A stretch of 64,000 nt of DNA from Selaginella moellendorffii (GCF_000143415.4 NW_003314397.1:278515-342514), one strand, 5' to 3'. Positions 37,813 through 51,517 are shown, numbered from the stretch's first letter. The notes: a model not told the origin generated them from the sequence alone. Translations and numbers: made by a program.

Positions 37813-39653
37813 TTATAGCGCGAGTAATGCTGAAAAAATTCCAAACGCAAACAACGCCGTTCCTCCCACCAGGCAAGCCCTTAAAAATCGTTCTTGACGT
37901 CGGTGGCGTCCTCGCAGTCGAAGCACAGAGCGCAGGATCTCCTCGCCGTCGAGGTAGAACACCTGTTTCAAAAGAGAAACGTTTCAAAGTGGGCTGCCAG
38001 AACGATAGATTACTCACTGGAGCGCTGTTTAGAATCGCAAGAGCTGCTGAGATGTTGAAAGTGTAAGCTACAAGCTTTTGGACAACACCTGGAAGCCATG
38101 ATAGCGAGGACAGGAGCTGGTAGCGTGGCCGATAGTCGGTGACGAACACGAATGCCTCAAGTTCTTGGGGGACACCGGCAAAAACGACTGTTTTCTCACA
38201 GCCGTCGATTAGAAATTCTTCCGGAGGCATTAGTCCGCAAGTTGAGTTCTCACGCGAAGCGAATGAGATCCGCACTAGAGCTTCTCCAGCCGCAAGTTTA
38301 GGCTCTGTGCATTCTTCCATCTGAAAAGGAAAAAACAGGAAAACTAGAAACTAGAAAAGAAAAAAGAATGTTACCTGTGAGCACGAACTGGACGATTTAC
38401 AGCGCCTATAAGCAACAATCTCGCTGGCGTTGAAGCAATTGGATCTTGAGCGGAGCTCTAACATTCCTGGCTTGCAACTGGAACCAGAGATATGATGGGG
38501 AATGCAGTAGCCAGGGAGATCCTTACTCGATTGTAGCTCTTGCAGCCAATCGCTTGAAGTGTAAACCGGCACTCCATTTACCGCTTTGAAAGCATCTCCG
38601 GCTCTCAAATGTCCTCTCAAAGCAGAGCCAGGATCAACTCCAGTAACCTGTAGATAGAGGCAGCTGTATCATTAGCGTGTGAGTGAGAACGAGCAAGGCT
38701 CACCACAGGGCCGACTCCGTGAATGAAGAGCGGAACTAACAGCACCGGGAGAAGCTTGAGGAGAATCCAGCATCCTACGCACAACTAGCACGTACTTCAC
38801 TAGGTGGCGACACTGGAAACAGTCCGAGTTCACGTACCACAGCGTTATGCCACACACCAGCACAGTAAATCCGGAGAAGTCTCCAAGGGGATAGCAGCTC
38901 CAGAGCATCCTCACTCAGAGCAACAAATGCTCCAAAGGCGAAGACTGCAACGTGGTGCACTGGGACACCTTCGCTGCAAATGAAGCAAGCTACAACCTTG
39001 AGAACAAGAGAGAGAAAAAAAAGAGATTTTTTGCTCTACCTTCCAGCGCCAAGTGCATGGCCAACCTCGTGAAACCCCGCCGCCAAACTCGTACCAAGCA
39101 TTACGTAGAAAACATCACTCCATGGCACATTCAAACCAGGTACCTGCGCAATTCCTGGTTACAAGATCCACAGCAGAGTTGTTCTTACGATCGGTGTCAC
39201 GATGGACGAATTTAGTTGGGAGCTGCCCGCAGAAGCAAAGATTCTGCAAAGGGACAAAAGCATCTGCCAGACGAGGACCTGCAACAGCGCCGTTCTTATC
39301 AGGAAAGTTTCCTGGGAAAGAAAACAATAAAAACCATACCAAGACGGAGGAGAGCACAGCCAGAATCCCAAACAGTGCTCCACAAGAGAACCACAGCTTG
39401 AAAGCACTGCATTCATTTATTGCGGACCTGTGGATCAAAGAAAAGAACAAAATCGCTACTCACGCGGAGTGTCGCAGCCCCAGCGAGAGAAACCAGTGAT
39501 TCCACGCAGTCGTTCGCCAGGTAAACACGCTGCCACCGCACCAGTGTTAGAGAAACAATTGATCAAAACGATAGAAATCACAGCTCACGGGAATGCGGGA
39601 AGACGCACTCCCCCTCGCAAGCACGAATTCATTCTCCCTCTCACGGTTGCCCT
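37813..39653 (-). CDS. S2P: Site-2 protease (MBTPS2, M50 metalloprotease); 5' end uncertain
   Basis: FHEVGHA (HExxH), LRIYCAGVWHNAV, PDZ-like and Cys-rich insert, and LNSAP|VFYLDGE (LDG motif); start codon not confidently placed. Confidence 0.88.
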
Positions 39654-40032
39654 AGAAACAGGTATATTCCTTTTAGAATATACCCGAGAATATGCTCGAG
39701 CTCCTCAGTTAATGCAGCGCCGTATAGTCGCTCGATCTGTTCTTCGCTCGCCCTCCTCCGGCTGACCTGACCCTGGGAGAAAGAGAAAGAGAGAAAAGCA
39801 GGAGAGAGAGAGAGCGATGGCGATGGCGAGGACGAGGCGGAGGAGGAGGGGCTTCCGTCAAATCGATGCTAGGCAGGAGCTGCATTGTACAGCCGCGATC
39901 GGCCGCGCAGCAAGGGTTTTGAATTCGAAATCGCCGGGGCTCTAGATCCTGGGATTTAGCCCAGCTGCGGCGATGGATTCTCGTCGTCGTCGTCGGTGTT
40001 CTTGACGAGGGGAGGCGCTGGATTTCCATCCA

Positions 40033-42299
40033 ATGTGGGCATACTTCTTGTGCATTCTTGTGCTGGGTTACAACAACCTTGTCCAAGCCAGGCCAAGCAC
40101 CGGTATGTTCTTCCTTGCTCCTTGGTGGATAGATTTCGCTTGCTAGAATTCGAGAGGGAGTGACTGATTTCTGGTTTGCTCCAACTCCAGGCTGCCCCTA
40201 CATGTTCAATCACGGCCAAGGCATCACCAACCTATGCGATGGCAGTGTCACGTCGGGATCTTCCGTCCAGACGATGCTTTGCTGCGAGGAAGTGTATGGA
40301 GCTGCCGTCTATGCCATCGCGCAGTACACCAATTCCACTGGAGCAATGTTCCTCGAGTCGTCACAGGCGGAGGTTTGCATCGACCTCTACAAGCAGGATC
40401 TTATCCAGCTCAAGCGCATCTCTCCAGCCTTCTTCGACAGCTTCTGCCCGCTGCCAGCGTCCAGGATCACGAGCTATGCCTCGCCCTGTAACTTTGGCCA
40501 GATGGAGGAGCTCATGCAAGCGGTGGACTTGGAGAACGTCTCGGATGCGTGCGGCCAGCGAGGGAACAGAGGCTGCCAAGAGTGCCAAGCTCAGCTCCTC
40601 CAGGCCACCGTCAGCCTGGCGTCTCGAAAGGCTGATCAACCGGGAGCCTGCGGCACAGCCATCGCCATTGCGCTCACCAGCTTCAATCCGAACCAGGTCT
40701 ACTTTGAGAACTTCTACACTTGCGTCTTGCAAATTCTGGGAGGAGTTCCTATATCTCGTACGTAAGATTCTGGCTTGTTGTCATCTTCCTTCGTTCACTT
40801 GTTCGTTGTTTGTCTTTCTCGCAGAGTACCTCAATATCACAACAGCGCCTAGCACTGTAGCACCGGGTGAGCATATTTTATCTTCTCTTCGATAGCTTTA
40901 GCTTGCGCGCTAAGTGTATGAGCTACTTTCTTCCTCAGGCCAGACTTTACAAGCGAGATCCTCGTCTCTGTCGTCGAGATTGGTGATCATTCTCATGGGA
41001 GCAATCGGAGGTCTGGTGCTATGCGCTTTCATCGTTCTCTCGTGCTTGTACGTGATAAGGCGGCGGAACAAGTCTGGCTACGACTTTACGAATCCGCTAC
41101 CTGGTAAGAAACGTGTCGTTTACATGTTTCCCACCCTTGTGAAATTGTGTTGTGAAATCGTTTTGGCAGAGAATGGTGGGAAGGACTTGCGTGCATTCGA
41201 CACAAGCGAGATCGCGGTGCTCCCAACCGAAGGCTTCTACATATTCACACTCAAAGAGCTTGCCAAGGCAACCAACCATTTCAGCAACGCATCGCTGCTG
41301 GGCGAGGGGAGCGCTGGCAAAGTCTACATAGGCCAGCTCCCTAGTGGCAAGCTCGTTGCAGTGAAGCGAATACTAAAGGAGAGAAAGGTGGAGACATTCT
41401 ACAAGGAAGTGGAGCTGCTGGCACGCATCCGGCATCCCAATCTCACAGCTCTACTCGGCTACTGCCGCTCCAAGCACGTCTGCCTGCTGGTTTACGAGTA
41501 CATGAGCAACGGCGACCTGGCACAAAAGCTTCTCAGTAAGTTTTGTTCCTCCTAAGCTGGAAAACTAGAGCATGTTTTTGCTGTGCCAGGAAAGGATGGC
41601 CCCGCATTGACATGGGACCAGAGAATCCAGATCGCCATAGACTGCGCAAGAGGACTTACATATTTGCACGAGTGCCCCGAAGGCCCAGTTGTCCATCGGG
41701 ATATCAAGGTAGCAAAGGCTTTCCCACTCGAGATTGTTCTTTACTTTTCTTCTTGTAGCCGACCAACATTTTACTCAACGGACTGTTAGAGGCCAAGCTC
41801 TCCGACTTTGGTCTCTCCAAGATCATCGAGCTTGATGCCTCTCACGTCTCCACAGAGATCAAAGGCACGACAGGCTATCTCGACCCCGAGTACCTCATAC
41901 TCGGTCAGCTCACCGAAGCCAGCGACGTCTACAGCTTTGGGATCGTTTTGCTGCAGCTGATGAGCGGCAGGAAAGCCATCGACAACGACACAAGAGTGAA
42001 CCGTTCCATTGTCGAAATGGTGAGCACTTTATTCTTGCATGACAATGTCTAGCTTTAACTCTGGTGCTTGTTTGCGTTGTAAGGCCATGGCCGTCATCGG
42101 AGAGAAGCAGGGGCTGTCGCAGCTCTTGGATCCAAGACTGGATTGTGATGTTCCGCTGCCTGCATTCCAGAAGCTGGCGGAGGTAGCACACCTGTGCGTC
42201 CAGCCCCGCAGTTATGACCGCCCGTCCATCTCAGAGGTTTTGCACGATCTGGAGCTGGCTTTGAGGCTGGGAAAAGCTTCAACTCCCCGGAACCAATGA
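40033..42299 (+). CDS. Receptor-like kinase with Cys-rich SPARK-type ectodomain (URK-2 / ARK-SPARK-like)
   Basis: Signal peptide, ectodomain CP...C...CC...LxxxxAEVC...C...C..C, TM helix, kinase [40 protein letters not shown] and [10 protein letters not shown]. Confidence 0.85.
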
Positions 42300-42475
42300 C
42301 ACCGTAGTATACGTAGCGATAGTAGCAGCACCCCCACGCCAGATCAACTCGCAAGAGACGGATTGGATTGATCCGGAGAAGAAGGTGTTGCACACTCTCT
42401 TGTCTGCCACTATAGAGAAGACACAGATAACTTCACCTTTTGTGTATTTGCCCAGGAGGCAATAAGCTGTGCTCG

Positions 42476-43675
42476 TCAACACCGTCGCCTGGTAACGAGA
42501 ATGCCCCGGCTATGGAACCAGGCCGCCATCTCATATCGATCTTTCAGAGTGGGTCGCACGTCCTCTTGTGCTGCTAGCAGTTCCAGCAGCGGGAGAAGCA
42601 CGTCGAGCAACTACTACGCAAGAAGCAAGAAGAAAATCAATGACAAGAAAGGAAGACGAAGTTCTACATACCTGAGAATCGTTGGGGTTTTCGGCTGTGA
42701 ATGGTACGCACGGTATTCCATTCGAAGGCTGCAGGATGAAGCTGCAGGGATTGTTGTCAATAATCACTGTTCTTCGCAAGTCTCGGCCTAGGCGTGACAG
42801 GTCTTTGATATGCTCCCTGTACTTGCTGCCAAGATCAAACACAGAAAGATTGTCTTAGCGAGAGTTGAAGCAAAAAAAAAGGTGGTATATTTACACACGT
42901 AACCAGAGTGGCCGGTCTGTACAGCCGCGCGGAGATCCTGTTCTCGGGATCAATCCTATCTACAAGCGGTCTAGCGTATCCTGCCAAGCGTGTCAAGAGA
43001 AGAAAGAGAAATGTTTGAGAGCTGTGTTTCCAAACCTTCGAGTCCGGCAGTAAAGAGAACAAGCTCCGCGAATTGGCTCGCTCTCGCCAGGAACTCTCTC
43101 AACCCAGGCCTTTCATAAACCATGACGCAATTGATCTTCACGTTTCCCTCCTTGTCCTGGGAAGAAAGAAAACACACGATCACGGTCGCTGCAAGTGATG
43201 GAAGAAAGAAGTAGGAAGAGAGAGTACCTTGTCCGCCGCTAAGCATTCGAGCTGGAACCACGTCATTCCAGTATTCACTGCTCGGGAGTGGAGGCCTGGC
43301 GGCAAACCAGCCGAATCGTAGGCACACACGAGCGTCTCGTCCAAATCTAGAATCACCTATGACATAGCTAGCATCAAATCAACCGAGAAATGCTCTGGAA
43401 TTTGTCCACTCTACTGTTACCGTGAGCTCTTGATCGCTCCTGCCGATGCGCGGCGGCAGCAAAGGGTTTTTCCATCCGGGGAGGAGCTCGCAGCACGGGG
43501 ACGACGGCTCGCACAAGGCATGGATGCTCAAGAAGCAGAGGAATCGGCGCAGCGGTAGCTGGGAGGCGTCTAGTACGCGGAGAATCATCCGCAGCAGCAG
43601 CACGGCGCCATAGACACAAGTCTGCCAGAGGGCGCGGAGGATCCGACCCTCGTGCAGCGATCTCAGGGCATCCAT
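42476..43675 (-). CDS. SCP1-like small CTD phosphatase (FCP1/NIF HAD family)
   Basis: [31 protein letters not shown]|YARPLVD and [21 protein letters not shown]. Confidence 0.92.
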
Positions 43676-43782
43676 CGCGGGCACAGGGGAAGAGCCCTAA
43701 AAAATGGTGTATTGTCTTCTTCTTTCGTCTTGGTTTTTTGGATTTAGGGTTCTAGCGAGCGAGACAGGAGAGCTCTTAAGCC

Positions 43783-46700
43783 ATGGCGCTGTCGCTGCGC
43801 AAAATGGTTTCCATCGACGATCGCATGCGCCTGCTCGTCCCGACTAAGGTCACCGCCGATGACAAGCTGATCGAGTACGACATGCTGCTACTCAATCACT
43901 TCTTGTCGGTGCTCAAGGATCTTCACGGCGAGGAAATGCGGGAGCTGGTATGTTTCCTAGCCCTCTCACCGCCATGGATTTGGGATCGATTCATCCATCG
44001 AATTCGAATTTCTCCCAGGTGCATCGCTGCTACGAGCTCTCCGGTCAGTATGGACAGGCCGAGGGGTGCGGCGATCCGGCAAAGCTGGAAGATCTGGGCA
44101 ATTTGGTGAAGAGCTTGCAGCCAGGGCCAGCGATTGTGATTGCGAGCTCGCTGTCTCACATGCTCAATCTGGGGAACCTGGCGGAGGAGGTCCAGATTGC
44201 TCATCGCAGGAGGGTGAGTGAGAAGTCGGGAGGGATTGGCGACGAGAACAGCGCTCTCACGGAGTCAGACATCGAGGAGACTTTCCGGAGGCTCATGAAA
44301 TTGGGAAAGTCGCCGCAAGAGATTTTCGAGGCCTTGAAGACACAGACGGTGGATCTCGTGCTCACTGCGCATCCAACGCAATCCATCCGACGCTCGCTGC
44401 TCCAAAAGCATTCCAGGTAGTTTTCATGGACTAGCTTTTTTCTTGCTTTTCTCTTCGCTCTTCTCTATTCTCTAGGCCGAAGTCGTCCATCACTTTTACG
44501 TGTCAAGCACTGACTTTTTTGCGTTGTTTGCTTGTACTTAGGATTCGGAGCTGCCTGTCGGAGCTGTACAAAGACGATATCACTCCCGATGAGAAGCAGG
44601 AACTCGAAGAGGCGCTCCACAGAGAAGTAAGTCCATCCACACACACCGCGGGATTAGTTTCGTGCTTATAACACCGTTTTGACTGCCAGGTCCAAGCGGC
44701 CTTTCGGACTGACGAGATTAGGCGCACACCACCAACACCTCAGGATGAGATGCGAGCCGGAATGAGCTACTTCCACGAAACAATCTGGAATTGTCTCCCC
44801 AAATTTCTCCGGCGGGTAGACACCGCGCTGAAAGCGATCGGGATAAACGAGCGACTGCCTTACAATGTACCTCTCATTCAGTTTTCTTCGTGGATGGGAG
44901 GAGACAGGGATGGTAAGCAAGCTTGTCCTCTGTAGGACTATCGTTTTTTTATGCATTTTTGCAGGTAATCCCCGTGTCACTCCGGAAGTAACAAGGGACG
45001 TGTGCTTGTTGGCAAGGCTGATGGCGTCAAGTTTGTACTTTTCTCAGATTGAAGATCTTATGTTCGAGGTATTTTTTGTTGTTTTTCTTGCTCGTCGTAA
45101 CGTTTTCTGACGCCCTCTTGCTGTGCCAGCTCTCTATGTGGCGGTGCAATGAGGAACTTCGTGCTAGAGTGGCTCAGCTGGAACTTCGTACGAAAGAGGA
45201 CGCCAAACACTACAAAGGTTTGTGTTTTGTTGTATTCTTTTGAACGGATTACCTCAGCTGCTGTGACAGAGTTTTGGAAGCCAATTCCTTCCAACGAGCC
45301 CTTCCGTGTTATTCTTGGTGATATACGTGATAGATTGTATCGGACGAGAGAGCGTGCTCGCCAAATTCTTGCGACTGGAAAGTCCGACGTGAATGAAGAA
45401 GAGGCTTTTTCGTCCGTTGAGGAGGTACTGTCCACTGTGACTTACATGTTTTGTTTTGACCGGTGTTTGTCTCTGTTAGATCCTTGAACCACTGGAGCTG
45501 TGTTACCGCTCGCTATGCTCTACTGGCGACAAACTTATAGCGGACGGCAGCTTGCTAGATTTCATGCGTCAGGTCTCTTGCTTTGGCCTCGGCTTAGTCA
45601 GGCTTGACATCAGGCAAGAGTCGGACCGGCACACGGATGTAATGGACGCAATCACCACGCACTTGGGCATTGGTTCTTACCGGAGCTGGACAGAGGAGGA
45701 GCGCCAAGAGTGGCTTCTAGCAGAGCTACGCGGGAAGCGTCCGTTATTTGGAGCAGATTTACCGAAAACAGATGAGATCAAGGATGTGCTTGAGACGTTC
45801 CATGTGATTGCGGAGCTTCCAACCGACTGTTTTGGAGCGTACATCATCTCAATGGCGACGGCCCCGTCGGATGTTTTGGTGGTGGAACTTCTCCAGCGCG
45901 AGTGCCGCGTCAACGTGCCTCTGCGGGTGGTTCCCCTGTTTGAGAAGCTGGCCGACTTAGAGGCTGCTCCTGCAAGCCTCACTCGCCTCTTTTCCATCGA
46001 CTGGTACCGCAACCGCATCAAAGGAAAGCAGGAGGTAATGATCGGCTACTCTGACTCTGGGAAGGACGCTGGTCGTTTTTCAGCGGCATGGCAGCTTTAC
46101 AAGTGCCAGGAAGAGCTTGTCAAGGTGGCAAAGCAGTTTGGTGTTAAGTTGACGATGTTCCACGGCCGTGGAGGAACCGTTGGCAGAGGTGGTGGTCCGA
46201 CGCATTTGGCTATTCTGTCACAGCCTCGGGACACCATCGATGGCTCGCTGCGTGTGACCATCCAAGGCGAAGTTATTGAGCAGTCCTTTGGGGAGGAGCA
46301 CTTGTGCTTCAGAACGCTCCAACGTTTCACAGCTGCAACGCTGGAGCACGGAATGCATCCTCCGACCGCGCCGAAAGAAGACTGGCGGAAACTTATGGAC
46401 GAAATGGCCGCGATTGCCACAGAGGCTTACCGATCCGTGGTTTTCAAAGACCCGCAGTTCGTGCACTACTTTCGAATGGTATGTGCTCATAGCTTTCGTA
46501 CTGTTGCATTGTGCTAAGGGCTCTCTCTGTGCGATAGGCGACACCAGAGCTGGAGTATGGACGCATGAACATTGGAAGCCGGCCATCCAAGAGAAAGCCA
46601 AGCGGGGGTATTGAGTCTCTCCGGGCAATCCCGTGGATATTTGCATGGACGCAGACGCGGTTCCATCTTCCGGTGTGGCTTGGATTCGGTGAAGCCTTTA

Positions 46701-47262
46701 AGGATGTAATTGACGGGAATCCACAGACGCTCAAGATGCTCCAGGCTATGTACCGCGAGTGGCCTTTCTTCCGGGTCACCGTCGACCTCGTGGAGATGGT
46801 TTTCGCCAAGGGAGACCCCCGGATTGCCGAGCTATACGACAGGCTCCTTGTGTCTCCGGAGCTGCAGGACATTGGGAAGAAGCTGAGAGGGAAATACGAG
46901 GAAACGCGAAAGCTCCTCCTAGAGGTACAGTGTTCATGTTTTTCTTGCCTTTTCTCAGCAAGTGTTTTCTTGGTCAGGTGGCTTGCCACTCGGAACTTCT
47001 TGAGGAAAACCCGACGCTCAAGCAGCGGCTTCGACTCCGTGAGCCATTCATCACGACGCTCAACGTGCAGCAGGCCTACACGCTGAAGAAGATGCGGCAG
47101 ATCGAGCCGGACGATGCGCCAATGCCGAGGACCAACGCAAACAGCGCATCGGCGGAAGAGCTTGTGGAGCTTAACACCACAACCGAGTACGCTCCTGGCC
47201 TGGAAGACACCATCATTCTCACCATGAAAGGAATCGCGGCAGGAATGCAAAACACGGGATAG
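43783..47262 (+). CDS. PPC: Plant-type phosphoenolpyruvate carboxylase (non-C4 type)
   Basis: [60 protein letters not shown] and C-terminal MQNTG. Confidence 0.97.
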
Positions 47263-48957
47263 AGGAAAAGTAATCAAGCAAGTTAATAACCCTTTACGAG
47301 GGCCAAGATCCAAATTATTGTTCGAGTTTCTATCGAAGAACCTTGTTCTTCAACCGAAGCAGTGATGGTCCTTAAGAATAGAATCGGTAGGAAAGAAGTT
47401 CACAAGAATTTGTAGGGTTGATTAGACGCTGCTGTTCAGGAATTTGGATGTTACAACTACCAAGTGGCATGTGATGAAGGGTCACGCAGATAGCTGGCAA
47501 GCATGGTGGTGTCAACCCTGTGAAAGAGCTCCTGTAATTCAATTACTTAGTTAACGGTCAGGGTGTATGCAAGGTCAAGGAGAGAATTCTAGAGGCTAGG
47601 GAAGACGGCCTGAGCAGGTCTACATTTCAGCCCGGAACTTCTCACACTATTGGTCTTTGTGGGCTACTAGTTTGTTTCAGCTCAAGCTAGCGCTTCTGGT
47701 TGGTTTGATGTCTGGCTGGGGCTGCCATTTTATGTGGATGGAATCTGTCTATTGATTTTCTTGTTCTTATTGCTCCAGAGTCCAACGGTGTTAGTGAGTG
47801 GATCGAGCGACGGATCTGGTCACCTGTTTTGCTTTCCATGCAGACGACTCATAGACGACTTTTCAGAGAGAGCTCAGATCGGTTCAGGCATTTTCCAGAC
47901 TATGGGTCCAGATTAGTGCAAAAGGTCCATTCACCTTCGATCTTCCTTCTGACCTATATGAGTGTATCGAGAATGGTTTACTCATTCCAGAGAGCAGTAC
48001 AAGATTGAAGTAACAGAACACTCCTTTCCCATGGGATCCCAGAAGCAGCATCGCCGTGAAGTTTCGGAAGAACTCCAGCAATATTTCAAGGCAGGTCACA
48101 AGTGGGCGGTTTCCGAAGTGGGGCAAAAGCAACTACGTGCTACATGCATCCGAGATGTCCATTGCCCAAGGTGTGAGACTCGTCCTTGACGTGAAGAAAA
48201 ACGTGCCTTAGACAGATTAAGGTGCAAGCCTTCCTGCTTGGCAATTTGGCAGTCTCCACCACTGCAATATTGTGTTCTTTCTTTTTCAGGTGTGCAAACA
48301 CTTACTTCTGTTCTGTTGAAACTTTTATGGAGAGAACCACCCATTACCATCAGGGAAACCATCATCACCAGTGCCGTCAACACTACAACACAATCAAGAT
48401 ATCCTTAGTGCTTGTGTAAATATAAGGTTAAGTCACTTTGACCAAAGTTTTAAGTTAAATGTGTATCCCCACTTGAGAGCCTTTATTTTATCATTGATGT
48501 TGAAGAGTTTATGTGTTATTTTGAGAGTGTGGACATTTCTATTAATTTTCCTGTCTCAAGTGTTAAATTATATGATGAGGAAGTTGAGTGTTGTGAATCT
48601 TTTGTTTATATTGTTGCCAACTACTGCAAATTCCTCTTTTAATACTTCTTTATCCACTTTTTCTTCTTCCATAATGGTTTTTCCTTAAGTTTTTTCACTT
48701 TCCTTGCCACGTCAAACTTTTTTTCTTTAGAGGGGGTAGAGGGGATGGATAGGAGTTCAGTTTCGATGATAGAATGAAGACAAATGGATATGGTAATAGA
48801 GTAAAGACAAATGACATAAATTATGGAGTGAGGACAAGCATAGTGAATCCAAATGGAACATTTAACTTTAACATAGTGAGGCCAAACAGATGCAATAGTG
48901 GAGTGAGGCTGAACATAAATAATAAAGTGAAGATGAGTGCAACGAGTCTGAATAAAA

Positions 48958-49759
48958 CTAGCCGTGTAATCGAGAAGCTACGCAAGTCTTTCTATTGGCC
49001 GGAGATGCGACATGATATTATCCGGTATGTGCATAGCTTCGTTTGGTGCCAAGCTCGTAATACTCCCCCTTGGGCTGCGGAAGGACGGTTGGAGTCAATT
49101 GCAGTTTCTCGTCCGTTTGAGTTGGTGGCGTTTGATCTTATGGGACCTTTTCCACGGTCGACTCTTGGCAATGAGTATGTTATTATTGCTTCTGACTATT
49201 TGACTCGTTGGGTGGAAGTTGGTGCTCTTGCTAGCGCCTCTGCAATTGCTGTTGGATACTTCCTCCTCAATCAAGTGGTGTTCCAACATTCTTGTCCAGA
49301 GCGGATTCTTTCGGATAATGGTCCCACATTTATGGCTGAGGCATTTCATGTTTTGACGTCTCGGTTGGGGATTCGCCACACTTTCACGAGTGTTTATCAT
49401 CCACAATCAGACGGTCTGGTGGAACGGCTTGTTCAGATGTTTAAGGGGATGATTGCAAAGTATGTGAACTTTCAGCATTCAGATTGGGATGGTTATTTGC
49501 CGTCTCTTCGGTATGCATATGTCACTGGGTGTAGAGTTCTGTTGGTGCTTCACCATATAAACTCTTATATGGCCATGATCCAATATTACCAATGGAGCTG
49601 GGTTTACCTTCGCGATTGCCACGAGCTGCGGATGCTAAGTCATGGGATCAATATTTGACTAGCATTCTTCCACTTGTCCGAGCGGAGTTTGCCGAACACT
49701 TAGGCCGCGTACAAGTGGGACAACAACAGCGCTACAACTCCCATCATCGTCCACCTGCG
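48958..49759 (+). mobile_element. Ty3/gypsy retrotransposon integrase, 5' part (element A, 5'-truncated, frameshifted)
   Basis: FYWPEMRHDI, RPFELVAFDLMGP, ILSDNGPTF and HPQSDGLVER (D,D-35-E core); interrupted at 49760. Confidence 0.92.
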
Positions 49760-51514
49760 TGTGAGACACAAAATCCCTAGGCCCCAAAGTGGAGCCGGAA
49801 GGGTGCCACGTGGTAGTGGCCGAAGCGAAAGCCAAACGAGCGTAACACGTTTGGACTAAAAGCTCCGACTTGAAAGATCGAGAGCGGGAGTGGAACTCCT
49901 AACAAAGTGCTCGAGGAACAAGCATGAGGCGAGCAATAAGCGAGGCTCCAAAAAGGGACCCAAAAGGACCAACACATGACACGTGGAAGTGTCCAAGATG
50001 GTGTCCGAGATGGACCCGAGTTGGAGTCCGAGATGGAGTCCGAGATGGACCAAGACGGAGTCCGAGATGGAGTCCAAGGTGGAGTCTGAGATGGAGTCCG
50101 AGATGGAGTCCGAGGTGGAGTCCGAGGTGGAGTCTGAGATGGAGTCCGAGCTGGACCGAGACGGAGTCCGAGATGGAGTCCAAGGTGGAGTCTGAGGTGG
50201 AGTCCGAGATGGAGTCCGAAGTGGAGTCCGAGATGGAGTCCGAGATGGACCGAGACGGAGTCCGAGATGGACCGAGACAGAGGCCGAGATGGAGTCCGAG
50301 ATGGACCCGAGATGGAATCCGAGATGGAGTCCAAGAAGGACCCGAGATGGAGTCCGAGGTCGAGACCGAGACCGGGACCGAGACCGGGACCGAGACCGAG
50401 ACCGAGACTGAGACCGGGACCGGGACCGAGACCGAGACCGAGGCGGAGGCCGAGACCGAGCCCGAGTCCGAGTCCGAGTCCGAGTCCGAGTCCGAGTCCG
50501 AGTTCGAGTTCGAGTCTGAGAGGGTGAAAGCCCAAAGCGTTCGTCTCCTAGACCCTGGGGGGTTTGGTGAGCTCCAAAAGTATAGTAAGGGGGAGGACTG
50601 CAGTGGAGCCAGTTTGGCCAGGAAAGGCCAGTTTAGCCCAGGAAGGCCAGACCCAGTGTTGGGTGATGAACTGACCACTGGGAAGTCCAAGACTAGAGTG
50701 AATACGGACCGACAAGTGAGGTAGCTTGGTGAAGTGTTCAAGAGCCGGCTCTAGTTCCCCCGGGAGATCGACTGGCCGATGCTCCCAGTCCAAGTGTGGG
50801 TGGCACTACCTACTTGGATACCTAGCGTGGCTCAACGGAACCTCGCTCTAAGCCCATGGCTAGAGCACCTAGAGGCGGAAGGCGGGGAGAGTACCCATGA
50901 GGCCCGTGTAGGGCCACGGTGTTCCGAAATGTTGTCCCAAAGTCCTAGACTGTGGAAAGGAAGAGGAGTAGTCCTCTGGAGTAGAGACCAAAGATACAGT
51001 CGTGTGGCGAGGAAGTCCCAGAGGACCGTGGGACTTAGTGGTCGGGCCTGTGGGCCTCAATCCAGTGGCAGTGTTGGCAAACACGGCCCTGAGCAGAAAG
51101 GGACTTGGTGGGGACCAGAAAGGGGATATTGGGGAAGGCTATTCCCCATGTCTGAGGGCATCCTAAGGATGCAAGGAGTGGATCTGGGATGGTCACTTAT
51201 GGACGGATGGCCCAGTCTTGGAGAGACGGGATTGCAATGCAAGTGGTGTTAGACCACCGATATGACCAAGGTGAAGGAGCATGGCCTAGCGTAACGGGCT
51301 CATATATCGGTGGTACCTTGGGGTGTCGGTCATGGGATCGGACACGTGGAGCACTTGGACCAAGTGCAAAGGTTGAGTGGCATGGATGCCATTCTCGGGG
51401 CTAGCAAGCCCCAAGTCCTGAATGGGACTTATGGAGGTTGTGAATGAGACTCCTCCAAGTGGTCGAAGGTATGGTTAAGTGACTAAAGTAGAATGGAAAA
51501 ATTAGTCAATTACA
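49760..51514 (+). repeat. 5' LTR of element B1
   Basis: TGTGAGACAC...TCAATTACA, followed by the PBS. Confidence 0.92.
49997..50520. repeat. LTR-embedded minisatellite (GAGTCCGAGATG 12-mers, GACCGA/GAGTCC 6-mers); further copies at about 55285-55693 and 61078-61570
   Basis: Direct observation in all three full LTRs, with variable unit numbers. Confidence 0.95.
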
Positions 51515-51517
51515 ATT

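Noticed and set aside
47734-48957. Short ORFs between PEPC and the gypsy integrase, including the Asn-rich N-terminus of ORF 48774-49658
   Set aside because: No recognisable domain; the Asn-rich part is chance read-through from AT-rich flanking DNA into the integrase frame.
49997-50520. CRISPR-like array
   Set aside because: No unique spacers, no cas genes, eukaryotic context; it is a simple minisatellite.
49777-50741. Long ORFs with SPRW, GLHL and SDSI repeats, also at 55010-55953 and 60691-61932
   Set aside because: Artefacts of stop-free 6/12-mer tandem repeats in the LTRs; open in nearly all frames on both strands.
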